From a metagenome, in the sequence record Ga0181588_10000598: DNA of 32,000 nucleotides; one strand, 5' to 3'. Position 1 is the first letter of the stretch. Each line of letters starts with the position of its first letter. The translations under genes were made by a program, and so were the position numbers. The notes below the pieces were generated by a model. It saw nothing but the letters and a program-made list of their open reading frames with translations, ran no database searches and had not been told where the DNA came from. Below are positions 15,625-24,900 of this stretch, one piece after another.

Positions 15625-17910
15625 ATGTCTCTGACGACGCAGAACCGCCCCGTCGTCGGGTCCGCCGGACGACGGCGAGAGACCCCGCTGTGTGGACGGC
15701 GGACGACGCGGACGACGCAGAGATGTCGACGTGTCCACGAGGCGACTGGTGCGCACAACGGAAATGCCGTCGAAATGGTTGCGCGGACGACGTCGACGCG
15801 CGGAGGGGAGGGGTTATCGTTGAGCGGTCGACGAGTCAACGCGTGCGTTGTCGTCGCGCGCGATCGTTCGGGGCGAACGCTGCGGGTGCGGACGGCGGCG
15901 ATTTCGTCATCGACGAGCGGTGAGGATTCTTCCTCTTCTTCAGACGAGTCGCTTCGCGGCTCGACGGAAGGAACGTTTGGGAACCCGGATTCGAGCGGGT
16001 TTTCTGACGTCACTTCGGCTGGGGCGAAACCGTTATTTACGGATCAAGACGCAAAGGAGGATGCGGCGGCACGGTTGGCGAAATTGGAGTCGTTGACGGT
16101 TTTGAGGGAGCTGTACAGCACGGTGGTGGACTGCGAGGCGAACCTCGCTGATGATTACTTTATTCGTCACGCCGATGATGAGTCAGGGGAGGAGTCTTCA
16201 AAGCTGCTCGATGGGAAGAAACTCAGTGAGTTTGCGGTGCCGAGTCCAGAGTTGGAAGAGGCTATCAGCGCGCTGGAGGAGATGTTAGAATCGATGAAGG
16301 AGCTCGAAGCGGAGAAGGACAAGTTGCGTTCGGCGGCGACGATGATGGATGGCAAGTGGGAGATTCTCTTTGAAGACGCCGATGCGGTGAGAGATCTTTT
16401 GACGCAAAAGTTTTCCGATTGCGCCGATCGTGTGGAGGATCGTTGCAGAGAGATGAGCAACTACCTGCCGTACGAGTCGTGCGAACGTGCGGAGCGGGCA
16501 CTCCAAGAGGCGCAGAGCGCCCTCGAGGCTGCGCAGGAAGACGCCGGAGAGTCCCAGGTTGGGGCTCGACTTCGTCCGCTCGGTCGTAAGGTTGGTAGAA
16601 TCACTTCGAGAGGCGTTCGAAGCGCGGGTGTTTTAGGAGAGGGTCTCACGCAACTCAGAGCAAAACCTCGCGAGTCCATCGCAAACGTGGCTGAGTACTC
16701 GCAAGGGGTGTGGGCGCGTATCAACGGTCTCAGCGTGGGCGAGACTGGGGTGGTAGAAGTGTTAAAGTCATTCCCTGTGCCGCGCGTGAGCAAAGACAAG
16801 CGCGACGCGCGCATCTTGCGCTTGCTTATCGAGGTGCAGGATAGAGACAAGGCGTTGACCGAGGCGCAAAAGACGAGAGACGGCATCATGGCCCAGGGAA
16901 GGAGCTCGCTTCTCTCTCGCGTCGCCCTGGGGGACAAGATTCGTGAGTGCGACGAAAAAGTTTCGACGCTTAGACGGGTTTTCGCCGTTCGAACGCTTCA
17001 AATGGAGATGGAGCGCATCATCTTGGCGCTCGAGGAAGAGTTGGCCACGCCTCCGGATCGCTTGTCCAAGGCGGAACTTAACGACATGCAGCTCATGGTG
17101 GCGGAGTTTGGAGTGATGGATCTCTCCTTGCGTCGATTGATTTCTCTCGTCGATCGTCAAGAATCTCAGCTCATCGACGACGAGGATTTGTCCAAGTTGG
17201 CAATGGAAATTCCAGACATGAAGCTCCGCTTAGCCATCAGAGACGACAACAACGCCGCCATGTCCATGGATCTCATGCGTGAGCGTTTCGTTTTAACCAT
17301 GCAAGAGTCTGGCGCTACCATAAGAGAGGGTGGTACCTTTTTGTTCCGAGGCGTCAAGCTCCTCGGATCAGACATTGGCACGTCGTTGCGCCTCTTCATG
17401 CGCGCCGCGTTCGGCACCACTCTGCGACCTCGCGAAGTGCAAGTTGTCCGCCGCACCTTTCTCGATGTTTTCACCTTTGTCCCTTTTATGATCATTCTGA
17501 TCACTCCCATCACTCCCGTTGGTCATGTTTTGGTCTTTGGTTTCATTCAGCGTTACTTTCCGCAGCTTTTCCCGTCTCAATTTACCTCGAGACGACAAGA
17601 GCTCATGCAAAAGTACGAAGAGCTCAAGGAACAGCTCGCTGTGGCGGAAGAAGCCGCTGACGCCGCCAACGAGAGCGAAGCCCTGCGTCGGGCCGTCGCA
17701 GCGGTGAGTTCAGTCAAGAGCATGATTAGTGGCGCCGTGAGCGACGTCACTGAGCGACTGGAGTCTGCGAGCGAGCAAGTCGCCGCCGTTGACGGCGCCA
17801 AAGAACAGCAGCGTCTGGAAGCGCTTCGCACGGAGATTGATCAAACAAGCGCTCGACTAGCCGGTTCGGACGACGATGACGACGAGGAGAAGGATGATAA
17901 GAACGATTAG
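15625..17910 (+). CDS. LETM1-like domain protein, probable organellar
   Basis: The 761-aa ORF starts on ATG. The C-terminal region GVKLLGSDIGTSLRLFMRAAFGTTLRPREVQVVRRTFLDVFTFVPFMIILITPITPVGHVLVFGFIQRYFPQLFPSQF matches the LETM1-like pattern (G.KLL..D......L.....G..L..RE......T..D....VPF....I.P.......L...FP...PS.F). The N-terminus is Arg/Thr-rich and the middle is coiled-coil. Confidence 0.85.
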   Translation: MSLTTQNRPVVGSAGRRRETPLCGRRTTRTTQRCRRVHEATGAHNGNAVEMVARTTSTRGGEGLSLSGRRVNACVVVARDRSGRTLRVRTAAISSSTSGEDSSSSSDESLRGSTEGTFGNPDSSGFSDVTSAGAKPLFTDQDAKEDAAARLAKLESLTVLRELYSTVVDCEANLADDYFIRHADDESGEESSKLLDGKKLSEFAVPSPELEEAISALEEMLESMKELEAEKDKLRSAATMMDGKWEILFEDADAVRDLLTQKFSDCADRVEDRCREMSNYLPYESCERAERALQEAQSALEAAQEDAGESQVGARLRPLGRKVGRITSRGVRSAGVLGEGLTQLRAKPRESIANVAEYSQGVWARINGLSVGETGVVEVLKSFPVPRVSKDKRDARILRLLIEVQDRDKALTEAQKTRDGIMAQGRSSLLSRVALGDKIRECDEKVSTLRRVFAVRTLQMEMERIILALEEELATPPDRLSKAELNDMQLMVAEFGVMDLSLRRLISLVDRQESQLIDDEDLSKLAMEIPDMKLRLAIRDDNNAAMSMDLMRERFVLTMQESGATIREGGTFLFRGVKLLGSDIGTSLRLFMRAAFGTTLRPREVQVVRRTFLDVFTFVPFMIILITPITPVGHVLVFGFIQRYFPQLFPSQFTSRRQELMQKYEELKEQLAVAEEAADAANESEALRRAVAAVSSVKSMISGAVSDVTERLESASEQVAAVDGAKEQQRLEALRTEIDQTSARLAGSDDDDDEEKDDKND

Positions 17911-18053
17911 AGCCCGGCGGTATAGAAAGTAGCCCAAACGCGCGAAAGATAGACGAACGTGCTTTTTTAAACAGAAAACGCGAGCAGCGTGCAGTGAAAA
18001 TCATAACTACTCGACAACCTGCGGACATCCTCCTCACTCGACGTTGCGCGCGA

Positions 18054-18311
18054 ATGCGCGTCGCGCAAGGAACCCACGCACGCGCGAACGCTCTGTATTC
18101 ACACAATCGTCCGCGCGTCCCGCAAAGAAGGATGACACCGGCACCGACGCAGAAGCGTCAAAAGACTGGAACGACTGCGCAAGCTGCGAGCGCTCAAACC
18201 GTCGTCGCTGGGAACTCTTGGTCGTGGCCGCGAGACACCCCCGTCGGACACCACGTCGTCGGTGAGAGTCATCGGGTGAAAGGGCTTCACTTGACGGATC
18301 ACTTTATCGCG
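18054..18311 (+). CDS. Prolyl aminopeptidase (S33 alpha/beta hydrolase), exon 1
   Basis: 18054 is the first ATG after the upstream stop and is in frame with ...WSWPRDTPVGHHVVGESHRVKGLHLTDHFIA. This resembles the conserved N-terminal segment of LQGGPG-type prolyl aminopeptidases. An alternative start lies at 18132. The exon ends at a GTGCGT donor. Confidence 0.65.
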
Positions 18312-18409
18312 GTGCGTGCGGTTCGCGACGACTGATAACGGCGACGTGGCTGGTTGAGTGATTAAAAAGTGACTGACTGACGCAAACTGTACTTCGCGCG
18401 CAACTGCAG
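18312..18409 (+). other. Spliceosomal intron (98 nt, phase 0)
   Basis: The donor is GTGCGT at 18312. A branch-like gactgactgac ends 28 nt before the acceptor ctgCAG (18407-18409). Removing the intron joins ...DHFIA to APLDYYSASK..IKVYVREVV in frame, restoring a contiguous family N-terminus. Confidence 0.75.
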
Positions 18410-19786
18410 GCGCCTTTGGATTATTATTCCGCGTCAAAGGCGAACATCACCGGTGAGAATGTCGCACCAAATCTGATCAAGGTGTACGTTCGGGAAGTCG
18501 TGAGCGCGGCGCGGGGGAAGATGAGCGCTGAGGAGCGGGCGGCGTTGCCGTGTGTGCTGTTTCTGCAGGGCGGCCCCGGGTTTGAGTGCGGCCGACCAGA
18601 CGCGGATGGAGGATGGGTGGGAGAGATGGTCAAGGAGCATCGCGTGTTTTTACTCGATCAGCGCGGTACGGGGAGGTCGAGCGCGGAGATTGTTAGGTTT
18701 AACGAGGATGGTTCGTGTAAGGTGGCCTTTGAGGAAGGCCAGGGGGCGACCGCTGACGTACACATGGGCCGAATGTTGGCGCAATGTTTCAGAGCGGATT
18801 CGATTGTCGAGGATGCGGAACTGTTTCGCAAGACGGTTCTCGGTAAAGAGCAAAAGTTTACGCTTCTCGGACAGTCGTTCGGTGGGTTTTGCATCACGAC
18901 GTATCTCTCGATGCACCCCGAAGGCGTGAAGGAGGCGCTCTACACGGGTGGTCTACCGCCGTACGTGGAGAAGGAAGCCGCGGCTTTCGACGCGTACGTC
19001 AAGCTCTTCGAGAGAGTACGCGTTCAAAACGAAAAGTTTTACGCGCGCTTTCCGGGAGACGTCGAGCGTGTGAGGTATCTGTGCGAGTACGCTCGCAAGA
19101 ATGAGGCGTCGCTGCCTGGCGGAGGAAGGTTGAGCGCTGAAGTCGTGCAGGCGCTCGGATTTTCCAACCTAGGCACGGCGTCCGGGATGGAAAGGCTGCA
19201 CTATATCTTAGAAAACGTCGATGTGGAACCAACTTTTGCTGTGCCGCTGGCGCACAAGCTTCTCATAGAGATTGAGAATGCGTTCAGACACTTTGAGACG
19301 AACCCATTGTACGGCATTCTTCACGAATCAATTTATTGCAATGGTGGTAACGCCTACGGCGGCGCCGAGAAGGCGAAAGCCAAACTTTCCGGAACGTCAT
19401 TCGACGTCGACGCCGCGCTCACGACGCCTGGGCAAAAGATTTACTTCACCGGAGAGATGGTTTTCGATTTCTTTTTTGACGACATTCCTGCCCTTGCGCC
19501 GTACAAAGGCGTCCTCGACTGTCTCAAATCCGGCGACACCGGTCAGTTTCGCCGGTTGTACGATGCCCAAGCGCTCTCTGCGAATGATGACATTCCGGTC
19601 GCTTGCGCCAGTTACGTCGAGGACATGTTTGTCGACTTTGATCTTGCCGCAGAAACCGCCAGCCGAATCGCCGGCGCTCGCGTCTGGAGCACGTCGGAAT
19701 ACATGCACTCTGGCATTCGCGAAGACGGCGCGAGAATCGTCTCCAAGCTCCTCTCCTACGTCAGAGACGAGGATCCAATTCGTTAA
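18410..19786 (+). CDS. Prolyl aminopeptidase (S33 alpha/beta hydrolase), exon 2
   Basis: The exon carries LFLQGGPGFECGRP, FLLDQRGTGRSS and the nucleophile elbow GQSFGG (18869-18886). The track ORF 18416..19786 starts on TTG and has no upstream in-frame ATG, consistent with an internal exon. Confidence 0.9.
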   Translation, partial: APLDYYSASKANITGENVAPNLIKVYVREVVSAARGKMSAEERAALPCVLFLQGGPGFECGRPDADGGWVGEMVKEHRVFLLDQRGTGRSSAEIVRFNEDGSCKVAFEEGQGATADVHMGRMLAQCFRADSIVEDAELFRKTVLGKEQKFTLLGQSFGGFCITTYLSMHPEGVKEALYTGGLPPYVEKEAAAFDAYVKLFERVRVQNEKFYARFPGDVERVRYLCEYARKNEASLPGGGRLSAEVVQALGFSNLGTASGMERLHYILENVDVEPTFAVPLAHKLLIEIENAFRHFETNPLYGILHESIYCNGGNAYGGAEKAKAKLSGTSFDVDAALTTPGQKIYFTGEMVFDFFFDDIPALAPYKGVLDCLKSGDTGQFRRLYDAQALSANDDIPVACASYVEDMFVDFDLAAETASRIAGARVWSTSEYMHSGIREDGARIVSKLLSYVRDEDPIR

Positions 19787-19895
19787 TTTCTCACCACTCG
19801 ACGAGAGACGCCATCGTTCGATGAATGAAACTACTAACTAAAATGTGTTTAATACAAATTCGCTTGAGAGCTCCTACGCGCGCTCCAACGCTTCG

Positions 19896-20096
19896 CTAAG
19901 ACTTTCTTCCATCCTTACCCCCGCTTTCGCTCCCCGTTCCCGCCGCTTTCCGCGCCTCTTCGCTCGCCGCGTTGTAATGCATGAACCCTTTCGCCGTCGT
20001 CGCCGCGAACCACGCGCCGGAGACCACCGTCGTCGCGAACAACCCGAGCGTCGTCGCTCGAAAGGCGACGTCGACGAGGCTCGTCTTCCCACTCAT
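19896..20096 (-). CDS. Candidate 66-aa single-pass membrane protein (hypothetical)
   Basis: The ORF starts on ATG and its third codon positions are mostly G/C. A hydrophobic stretch reads VAFRATTLGLFATTVVSGAWFAATTA. It is preceded by 399 nt (20097-20495) with no ATG on this strand, so 20096 would be the first AUG of a transcript initiating anywhere in that spacer. Confidence 0.4.
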   Translation of the reverse strand: MSGKTSLVDVAFRATTLGLFATTVVSGAWFAATTAKGFMHYNAASEEARKAAGTGSESGGKDGRKS

Positions 20097-20576
20097 CTTT
20101 CAAGACGACGCCGCTTGCTTCACGAACACAAAGACACACGAGCGCGCGCGCGAGAAAGATTTCCGCGTATGGATCCCAGTCGCGTTCCGTGACGTTTCTC
20201 GCGTTCGCGTCGTCGTCGAGTGACGGATCACGAGCAAAGTTGGCTTTCCAATCTTTGGACTTTTCTTCCAGGCACGTAGCCCCTTGAACGCGATATTGGT
20301 TGGGCGGTTTGGATTCGATCACGTCGGTCACGAGGAGTGAGTAATGAGTCGTGAGATTGTATTAAAGAAGGGAAACAAAGAAGGATTGAGTACGGTGCGC
20401 TCGTCGTCGTCAATCGTCTCGCGGATGGATGGACGTTGGACTGGATGGAACCTAGGAAAAAAAACAAAGCAAACAAAGCGAGGCGACCTCTTTCCTCATT
20501 GAGCCGACGCGTCGAGCGACGGTGGTCGATGCTCTCTTCTTCTTTTTGTTGCGATGGTCGTCATCGTGATGGATGA

Positions 20577-22313
20577 TTACCACCCGTCTTCGTCTTCGTC
20601 GTCGTCAGACCACGCAGCGTCGGCGACGCCCGCCGTTGGAGCGGCGCTGCCGGCGGCGGCGGGCGCGCTCACCATCATGTGCTTAAACTTGTCTTCGACG
20701 GCAATGGTAACCCCACTGTCCGTTTCGAGGACGGCGGCTTGGTGTTGACGACCCTCACGCCAGGCTTTGGCTTCTTCGCGCTCCTTGGCGCGTGCCTCCT
20801 TGCCCGTCGCAAAGGCAAACGCGTTACCCGCCTCGAGTTCCATGAGCGCGCGCTTGATTTGCGCCACGATGAACGAGTCGCGATCCGTGTAAAAGGACGT
20901 GGAGCGACCAGACATACCGGCGCGACCGGTACGACCGATGCGGTGGACGTAATCCTCAAAGTTGCGAGGCAAGTCCATGTTGACGACGTGCGCGACACCC
21001 TTGACATCCAAACCACGCGCGGCGACATCCGTGGCAACCAACACAGAGCAACGTCCCTCCTTGTAATCCTGGAGAGCCGCCTCACGCTCCGCCTGAGATC
21101 GTCCACCATGCAACGCGGCAGCCGGAACGCCTTCCGCGTTTAATAACTCGGCAATCTCATCCGCACGGTTCTTGCGCTCGACGAAAACCACCGTCATGGG
21201 CATGTCCGAGCCGAGCTTGGTGGCTTCATTCTTCTCCCCAATCAACATGGCAACCAATCTATTAACCTTTTCACCATCAACGACCTTTTCTAAGTGTTGC
21301 GACACGTTCGCCGTCGGAGCGCTCGTTTGACCAACCTTCACCTTGACCGGCTTGTTGAGGTACTCGCTCGCCAAAGCTTCAACCTCGCTCGGCATTGTCG
21401 CGGAAAAGAGGAGCGTTTGATGACGCTTGGGCAAGTTCATCAACACTTCTCGAATTTGCGGCTCGAAACCCATGTCCAACATTCTGTCCGCTTCATCCAA
21501 GACTACGAACGAAACGCGAGCGAGGTTGGTGTTACCCTGTTGCAAGTGATCGAGCAATCGACCGGGCGTGGCGACGATGATTTGCACGCCACCGCGCAAC
21601 ATGGAACGCTGTTCGTACATATTCGTACCGCCGACGATGATGGCTGTTCTAAACCCCTTTGAGCTTCTCGAAAACGTCTTCCCCTCCGCTTCAATCTGTT
21701 GCGCCAACTCTCTCGTCGGCGCCATAACAATCGCAAACGGCCCATCACCCTGACGCAACGGCGGTTGGTTCAAACAGTGCTGCACCATTGGAATGGAAAA
21801 CGCCGCCGTCTTCCCGCTCCCCGTCTCGGCACACCCGAGCACATCCCTTCCGCTCAAAATCACCGGAATCGCCTGCGCCTGAATCGGCGACGGTTTATCG
21901 TACTCTCTGTGTCGAATATCCATCATGATATCCTTACTCAGATTCATATCCTCGAACGATTCGATCGCCGACGGTGCCTCGGCTTCGTTCTCCGGAACCT
22001 CCACCGTCACCCCGAGCCGGTCACGAATCTCCGTCTTTTGTTCCTCCGTCAGCGCCTCCACCCGCGCGCTCGGCCGCCAATTCGCAAAAACCGCCGCGCC
22101 AGAATCTCTCCCACCGCCCTGTCCCCGTCCGCTCATCACCGGCGGCGCGCGGTCACCGGGTCCGTACGACGACCCACCGGGTCCGCCGCCGAAGGATCGG
22201 TGTCGGTCTGATTGTTGGTCGTTTCCTCCTCTGCTCCTCTCCGGCGGCGGCGCCGCGCCGGCACCGCCGTCGGACGATCCTCCGCCTCGCAAGTGCGGCG
22301 GAACGTACCCCAT
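20577..22313 (-). CDS. DEAD-box ATP-dependent RNA helicase (core most like DDX41/Abstrakt; no zinc knuckle seen)
   Basis: The 578-aa ORF starts on ATG. Motifs present: Q motif SPIQAQAIP, motif I AETGSGKT, PTRELA, TPGR, DEAD (21486-21497), SAT and HRIGRTGRAG. The N-terminus is Gly/Arg-rich and starts MGYVPPHLRGGG. The acidic tail ends DDDEDEDGW. Confidence 0.93.
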   Translation of the reverse strand: MGYVPPHLRGGGSSDGGAGAAPPPERSRGGNDQQSDRHRSFGGGPGGSSYGPGDRAPPVMSGRGQGGGRDSGAAVFANWRPSARVEALTEEQKTEIRDRLGVTVEVPENEAEAPSAIESFEDMNLSKDIMMDIRHREYDKPSPIQAQAIPVILSGRDVLGCAETGSGKTAAFSIPMVQHCLNQPPLRQGDGPFAIVMAPTRELAQQIEAEGKTFSRSSKGFRTAIIVGGTNMYEQRSMLRGGVQIIVATPGRLLDHLQQGNTNLARVSFVVLDEADRMLDMGFEPQIREVLMNLPKRHQTLLFSATMPSEVEALASEYLNKPVKVKVGQTSAPTANVSQHLEKVVDGEKVNRLVAMLIGEKNEATKLGSDMPMTVVFVERKNRADEIAELLNAEGVPAAALHGGRSQAEREAALQDYKEGRCSVLVATDVAARGLDVKGVAHVVNMDLPRNFEDYVHRIGRTGRAGMSGRSTSFYTDRDSFIVAQIKRALMELEAGNAFAFATGKEARAKEREEAKAWREGRQHQAAVLETDSGVTIAVEDKFKHMMVSAPAAAGSAAPTAGVADAAWSDDDEDEDGW

Positions 22314-22641
22314 GCTTCGCTTCTCGAACCGACGGGCGGGCGATCAATGGCGGGCCGGAGAGGCGTCGCCGCGACGAAGAGGCGCGATTTTCGTGCGGAT
22401 CCCACGCGGGCGGTCCAGTTTTATACTGTTTGTGCATATAAAATGAACACACGCGAAAACGTCGCGAAAACCACGTACATCGGACTCGAGCACGTGTAGT
22501 ATGTGAGCCCGATGTCGCAATTGTATGGGTAAACAGTACAATCCTTTTGTGACATCGTCGCTCAGCCTTCGCACGTCTCGGCTGCCCATCGCGCGCGCTC
22601 CGTCTTTTCTCGGCGCGTCTCGAAGGATACGACGATCAACG

Positions 22642-22664
22642 ATGGCGAAGGGTGAACCGACGAG
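22642..22664 (+). CDS. RPL35A: Ribosomal protein L35a (eL33), exon 1
   Basis: ATGGCGAAGGGTGAACCGACGAG encodes MAKGEPT plus two bases of a split Arg codon. A GTGCGT donor follows immediately. A pyrimidine tract (ctccgtcttttctc) lies upstream. Confidence 0.85.
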
Positions 22665-23250
22665 GTGCGTGTGATTTACTCGCCTCTTTCGTTTTTTTTG
22701 TTCGTGTTAGTCTCGGCGTCGGTTGGCGTGGATGACGACCGTCGCGTCGTCGGGACGTTGGATGGGATTCCGCGCGCGTTTTGGGGTTTCGGTGGAGTCG
22801 CCACGCGCGCCTCGAAGCGTGGGATCTGGCGGACGATCGCGGACGACGGCGACGAGGAGACGCTTTGGATGGATGGTGACGAAACGTTTACGTCGCTTTG
22901 ACGTCCTGGATTCACCGTCGTCGTCCTCCGTCGGGTCCCTCGGGCGCGTCATCTTCGTTGCGGACGCACCGGGACCCTAGAAATGCGATCCGAACGAGAC
23001 CCGTCGCGCGGTGTGCGCGCGCGTCGCGCGCGGGTGGTTTCGACGGCGAGCGCCGGCGGGAACGATCGAGACCGTTCACTTCACGTCGGTTTCCGTCGTT
23101 CGTGGTTCGGGATCGCGATCGACGACGCGGTGACGGGCGGTTGGTTTGCGTCATCCACGAGAGAGGGTTGGAGCGCTGAGAGAGGGACTCGTTTTGCGTG
23201 AGAGAGGGAGCGGACTGACTGACTTTGTTTTCTTTTAAATTCAAACGTAG
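22665..23250 (+). other. Spliceosomal intron (586 nt, phase 2) in RPL35A
   Basis: The donor is GTGCGT at 22665. A branch-like ggactgactgac is followed by a T-rich tract and the acceptor aacgTAG (23248-23250). Splicing gives [20 protein letters not shown]..., colinear with remembered plant RPL35a (M.KG......RLYVRG.ILGYKR). Confidence 0.85.
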
Positions 23251-23557
23251 ACTGTACGTCCGCGGCGTGATTCTTGGTTACAAGCGCGCGCGCACCAACC
23301 AATACAACCACACGTCGCTCATCAAGCTCGAGGGCGTGAACGACAGCGCGGCGACGTCCTTTTACGGCGGTAAAAAGTTGTGCTACGTGTACAAGGCGAA
23401 GACGAAGAAGCAGGGGACGGCGTACCGCACGATTTGGGGTAAGGTTATGCGCTCGCACGGTACCTCTGGTGTCGTCCGCGCCAAGTTCAAGAAGCACTTG
23501 CCGTCCAACTCCATCGGTGGTAAGGTTCGCTGCATGCTCTTCCCGTCCAACATCTAA
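23251..23557 (+). CDS. RPL35A: Ribosomal protein L35a (eL33), exon 2
   Basis: The translation [30 protein letters not shown]...[10 protein letters not shown]...[41 protein letters not shown] is an unmistakable eL33 sequence. The stop is TAA at 23555-23557. Confidence 0.93.
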
Positions 23558-23653
23558 GGTCGCGCGCTTTGCGAGGGAAGAGTTGCGCTGGCTCGGCGAG
23601 ACCGCGGGTCGACATTCATAGTCCAAACATCAGTATTAGTGATTAGCGTTTGA

Positions 23654-23658
23654 TGTAA
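23654..23658 (+). promoter_or_regulatory. TGTAA candidate polyadenylation signal
   Basis: TGTAA lies 97 nt after the RPL35A stop. Confidence 0.45.
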
Positions 23659-23740
23659 AAATCGATCGTTACTTGAACCAAACCACCTCCGTCTATTCGT
23701 TTTTCGTTCACCCACGTGCATGCGCTACGCTACGCTATGA

Positions 23741-23745
23741 TTACA
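23741..23745 (-). promoter_or_regulatory. TGTAA candidate polyadenylation signal (minus strand)
   Basis: ttaca on the plus strand reads as TGTAA on the minus strand, beginning 5 nt after the TAG stop (23752..23750) of the NDUFAF6-like gene. Confidence 0.45.
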
Positions 23746-23749
23746 AAAG

Positions 23750-24874
23750 CTAGTACGTCCCTCGAAACGCGCTCCACGCGACGGCGGCTTGCGTAAACAA
23801 CGGCGGTCCTCCTCGAGCGACGGCTTCGTCGAACGCGTCGAAATCCTTCGCCTCGAGCGCGTCCAAATACCTCCCCACCGGAACCGCCTGCAAGAAGAAC
23901 GGCTTGGCATCGCTCGGAATCCTCTCCGCCATCGCCCGAGCGCTGTCCAAATGCGCCTTTGCGACGGTCGCCACCTCGTGCGCGACGTCTCTCGCGCCTT
24001 CGCTCGGCTCGAGCCGATAGACGCTCTCCGTGCTCACCCCGCGTCTCGCGCACGCATCGCTCGGAAAGTAACACCGCCGCTGTTTCGCGTGTGCCGTCGT
24101 CCCACGTAATAACGCGCTCAATCCAATCGCTTTACCGAGATGACTCGCCGCGTGATCGGCGTCGGCGTTTCGAATTCCGCACGCGTCCAACGCGAGCGTT
24201 AAAGCGCTTCCGTGCGCGTCGCTCGCGTACCTCTCCAATTCCATCACGCTCCCGGGTGGTCCGCTCGCGCTCGCGTCGGTGATTCTCGCGTCAATCATCC
24301 TTTTCATCCACGTCTTTGCGCGCGCAGAGGGAGCGTTTCCCAGCGCCGCGCGGAGCGCCACGAGCACCGGATGTTGACCGCCGGCTCGAGCCTCCTCCTC
24401 GGCGTCGTCGTCGTCCAAACGAGTCAATCCATCGATCGCTCTTCGCCACCACATCAACCGCATCCTCGCCGCATCGACGGAATCAGCGCTTCCGACGACG
24501 CTTCCACTCTCCGCGTTGAGCGCGCGCACGGCAAACGCGATGGGCACGAACGGTTTCGGGAGATGAAGCGTGCAAAGGTAGGCTTCGTAATCTCTCAAAC
24601 GAACCACTTCGACGCAGTGTCTAAACGCCGCGCGCAGTTCGCTGACGTCCGGTGACGACGACGCGGAGGTTCCGGAGGAGGATCTCGCGCGTGCGGTGAT
24701 GGCTGTCAGCGCAGGTTTTATGGACGACGCGCGGTGTCGAGACGTCGTCATTAACGTCATCGTCATGAATGAATGAATGCGACGCGACGCGCCGGCGTGT
24801 GAGGAGAACGCGGGACTGAGTCGGATGGTTGATCCATCCGATGGTAGGAATGATTGGAACGCGTTTGAGATCAT
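23750..24874 (-). CDS. NDUFAF6: NDUFAF6-like complex I assembly factor (squalene/phytoene synthase fold)
   Basis: The translation contains CVEVVRLRDYEAYLCTLHLP, FAVRALNAE, MRLMWWRRAI, MELERYASDAHGSALTLALDACGI and ADHAASHLGKAIGLSALLRGT, which match remembered NDUFAF6. The track ORF start (25045) overlaps the upstream gene. The in-frame ATGs downstream of that gene's stop are 24874 (first) and 24766/24760 (MTMTLMTTSRHR..., presequence-like). The start is therefore uncertain. Confidence 0.85.
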   Translation of the reverse strand: MISNAFQSFLPSDGSTIRLSPAFSSHAGASRRIHSFMTMTLMTTSRHRASSIKPALTAITARARSSSGTSASSSPDVSELRAAFRHCVEVVRLRDYEAYLCTLHLPKPFVPIAFAVRALNAESGSVVGSADSVDAARMRLMWWRRAIDGLTRLDDDDAEEEARAGGQHPVLVALRAALGNAPSARAKTWMKRMIDARITDASASGPPGSVMELERYASDAHGSALTLALDACGIRNADADHAASHLGKAIGLSALLRGTTAHAKQRRCYFPSDACARRGVSTESVYRLEPSEGARDVAHEVATVAKAHLDSARAMAERIPSDAKPFFLQAVPVGRYLDALEAKDFDAFDEAVARGGPPLFTQAAVAWSAFRGTY

Positions 24875-24900
24875 GTGAGGATGCAGAAAGTGTGTGCGAT

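Noticed and set aside
19915-20331. 138-aa ORF, and a model joining its first 64 codons to the 66-aa ORF through a 43-nt GTGTGT...AAAG intron (20097-20139).
   Set aside because: The frames would join correctly (43 is 1 mod 3). However, the upstream part starts on GTG, and there is no ATG in any frame on this strand between 20097 and 20495. The second half of the 138-aa ORF is Arg/Gly/Asp junk. The AUG-free stretch is better explained as a 5' leader of the 66-aa ORF.
22728-23178. Possible box C/D snoRNA in the RPL35A intron (GTGGATGACGA at 22728-22738; CTGA at 23175-23178 and in gactgactgac).
   Set aside because: The C-like box does not match RUGAUGA. The candidate boxes are about 440 nt apart and no terminal stem is evident. 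The CTGA copies are better explained as the branch-point element.
12967-24874. A sterol or isoprenoid gene cluster formed by squalene epoxidase plus a squalene/phytoene-synthase-fold gene.
   Set aside because: The second gene matches NDUFAF6, a complex I assembly factor, rather than a catalytic squalene synthase. The two are 9 kb apart on opposite strands with six unrelated genes between them.
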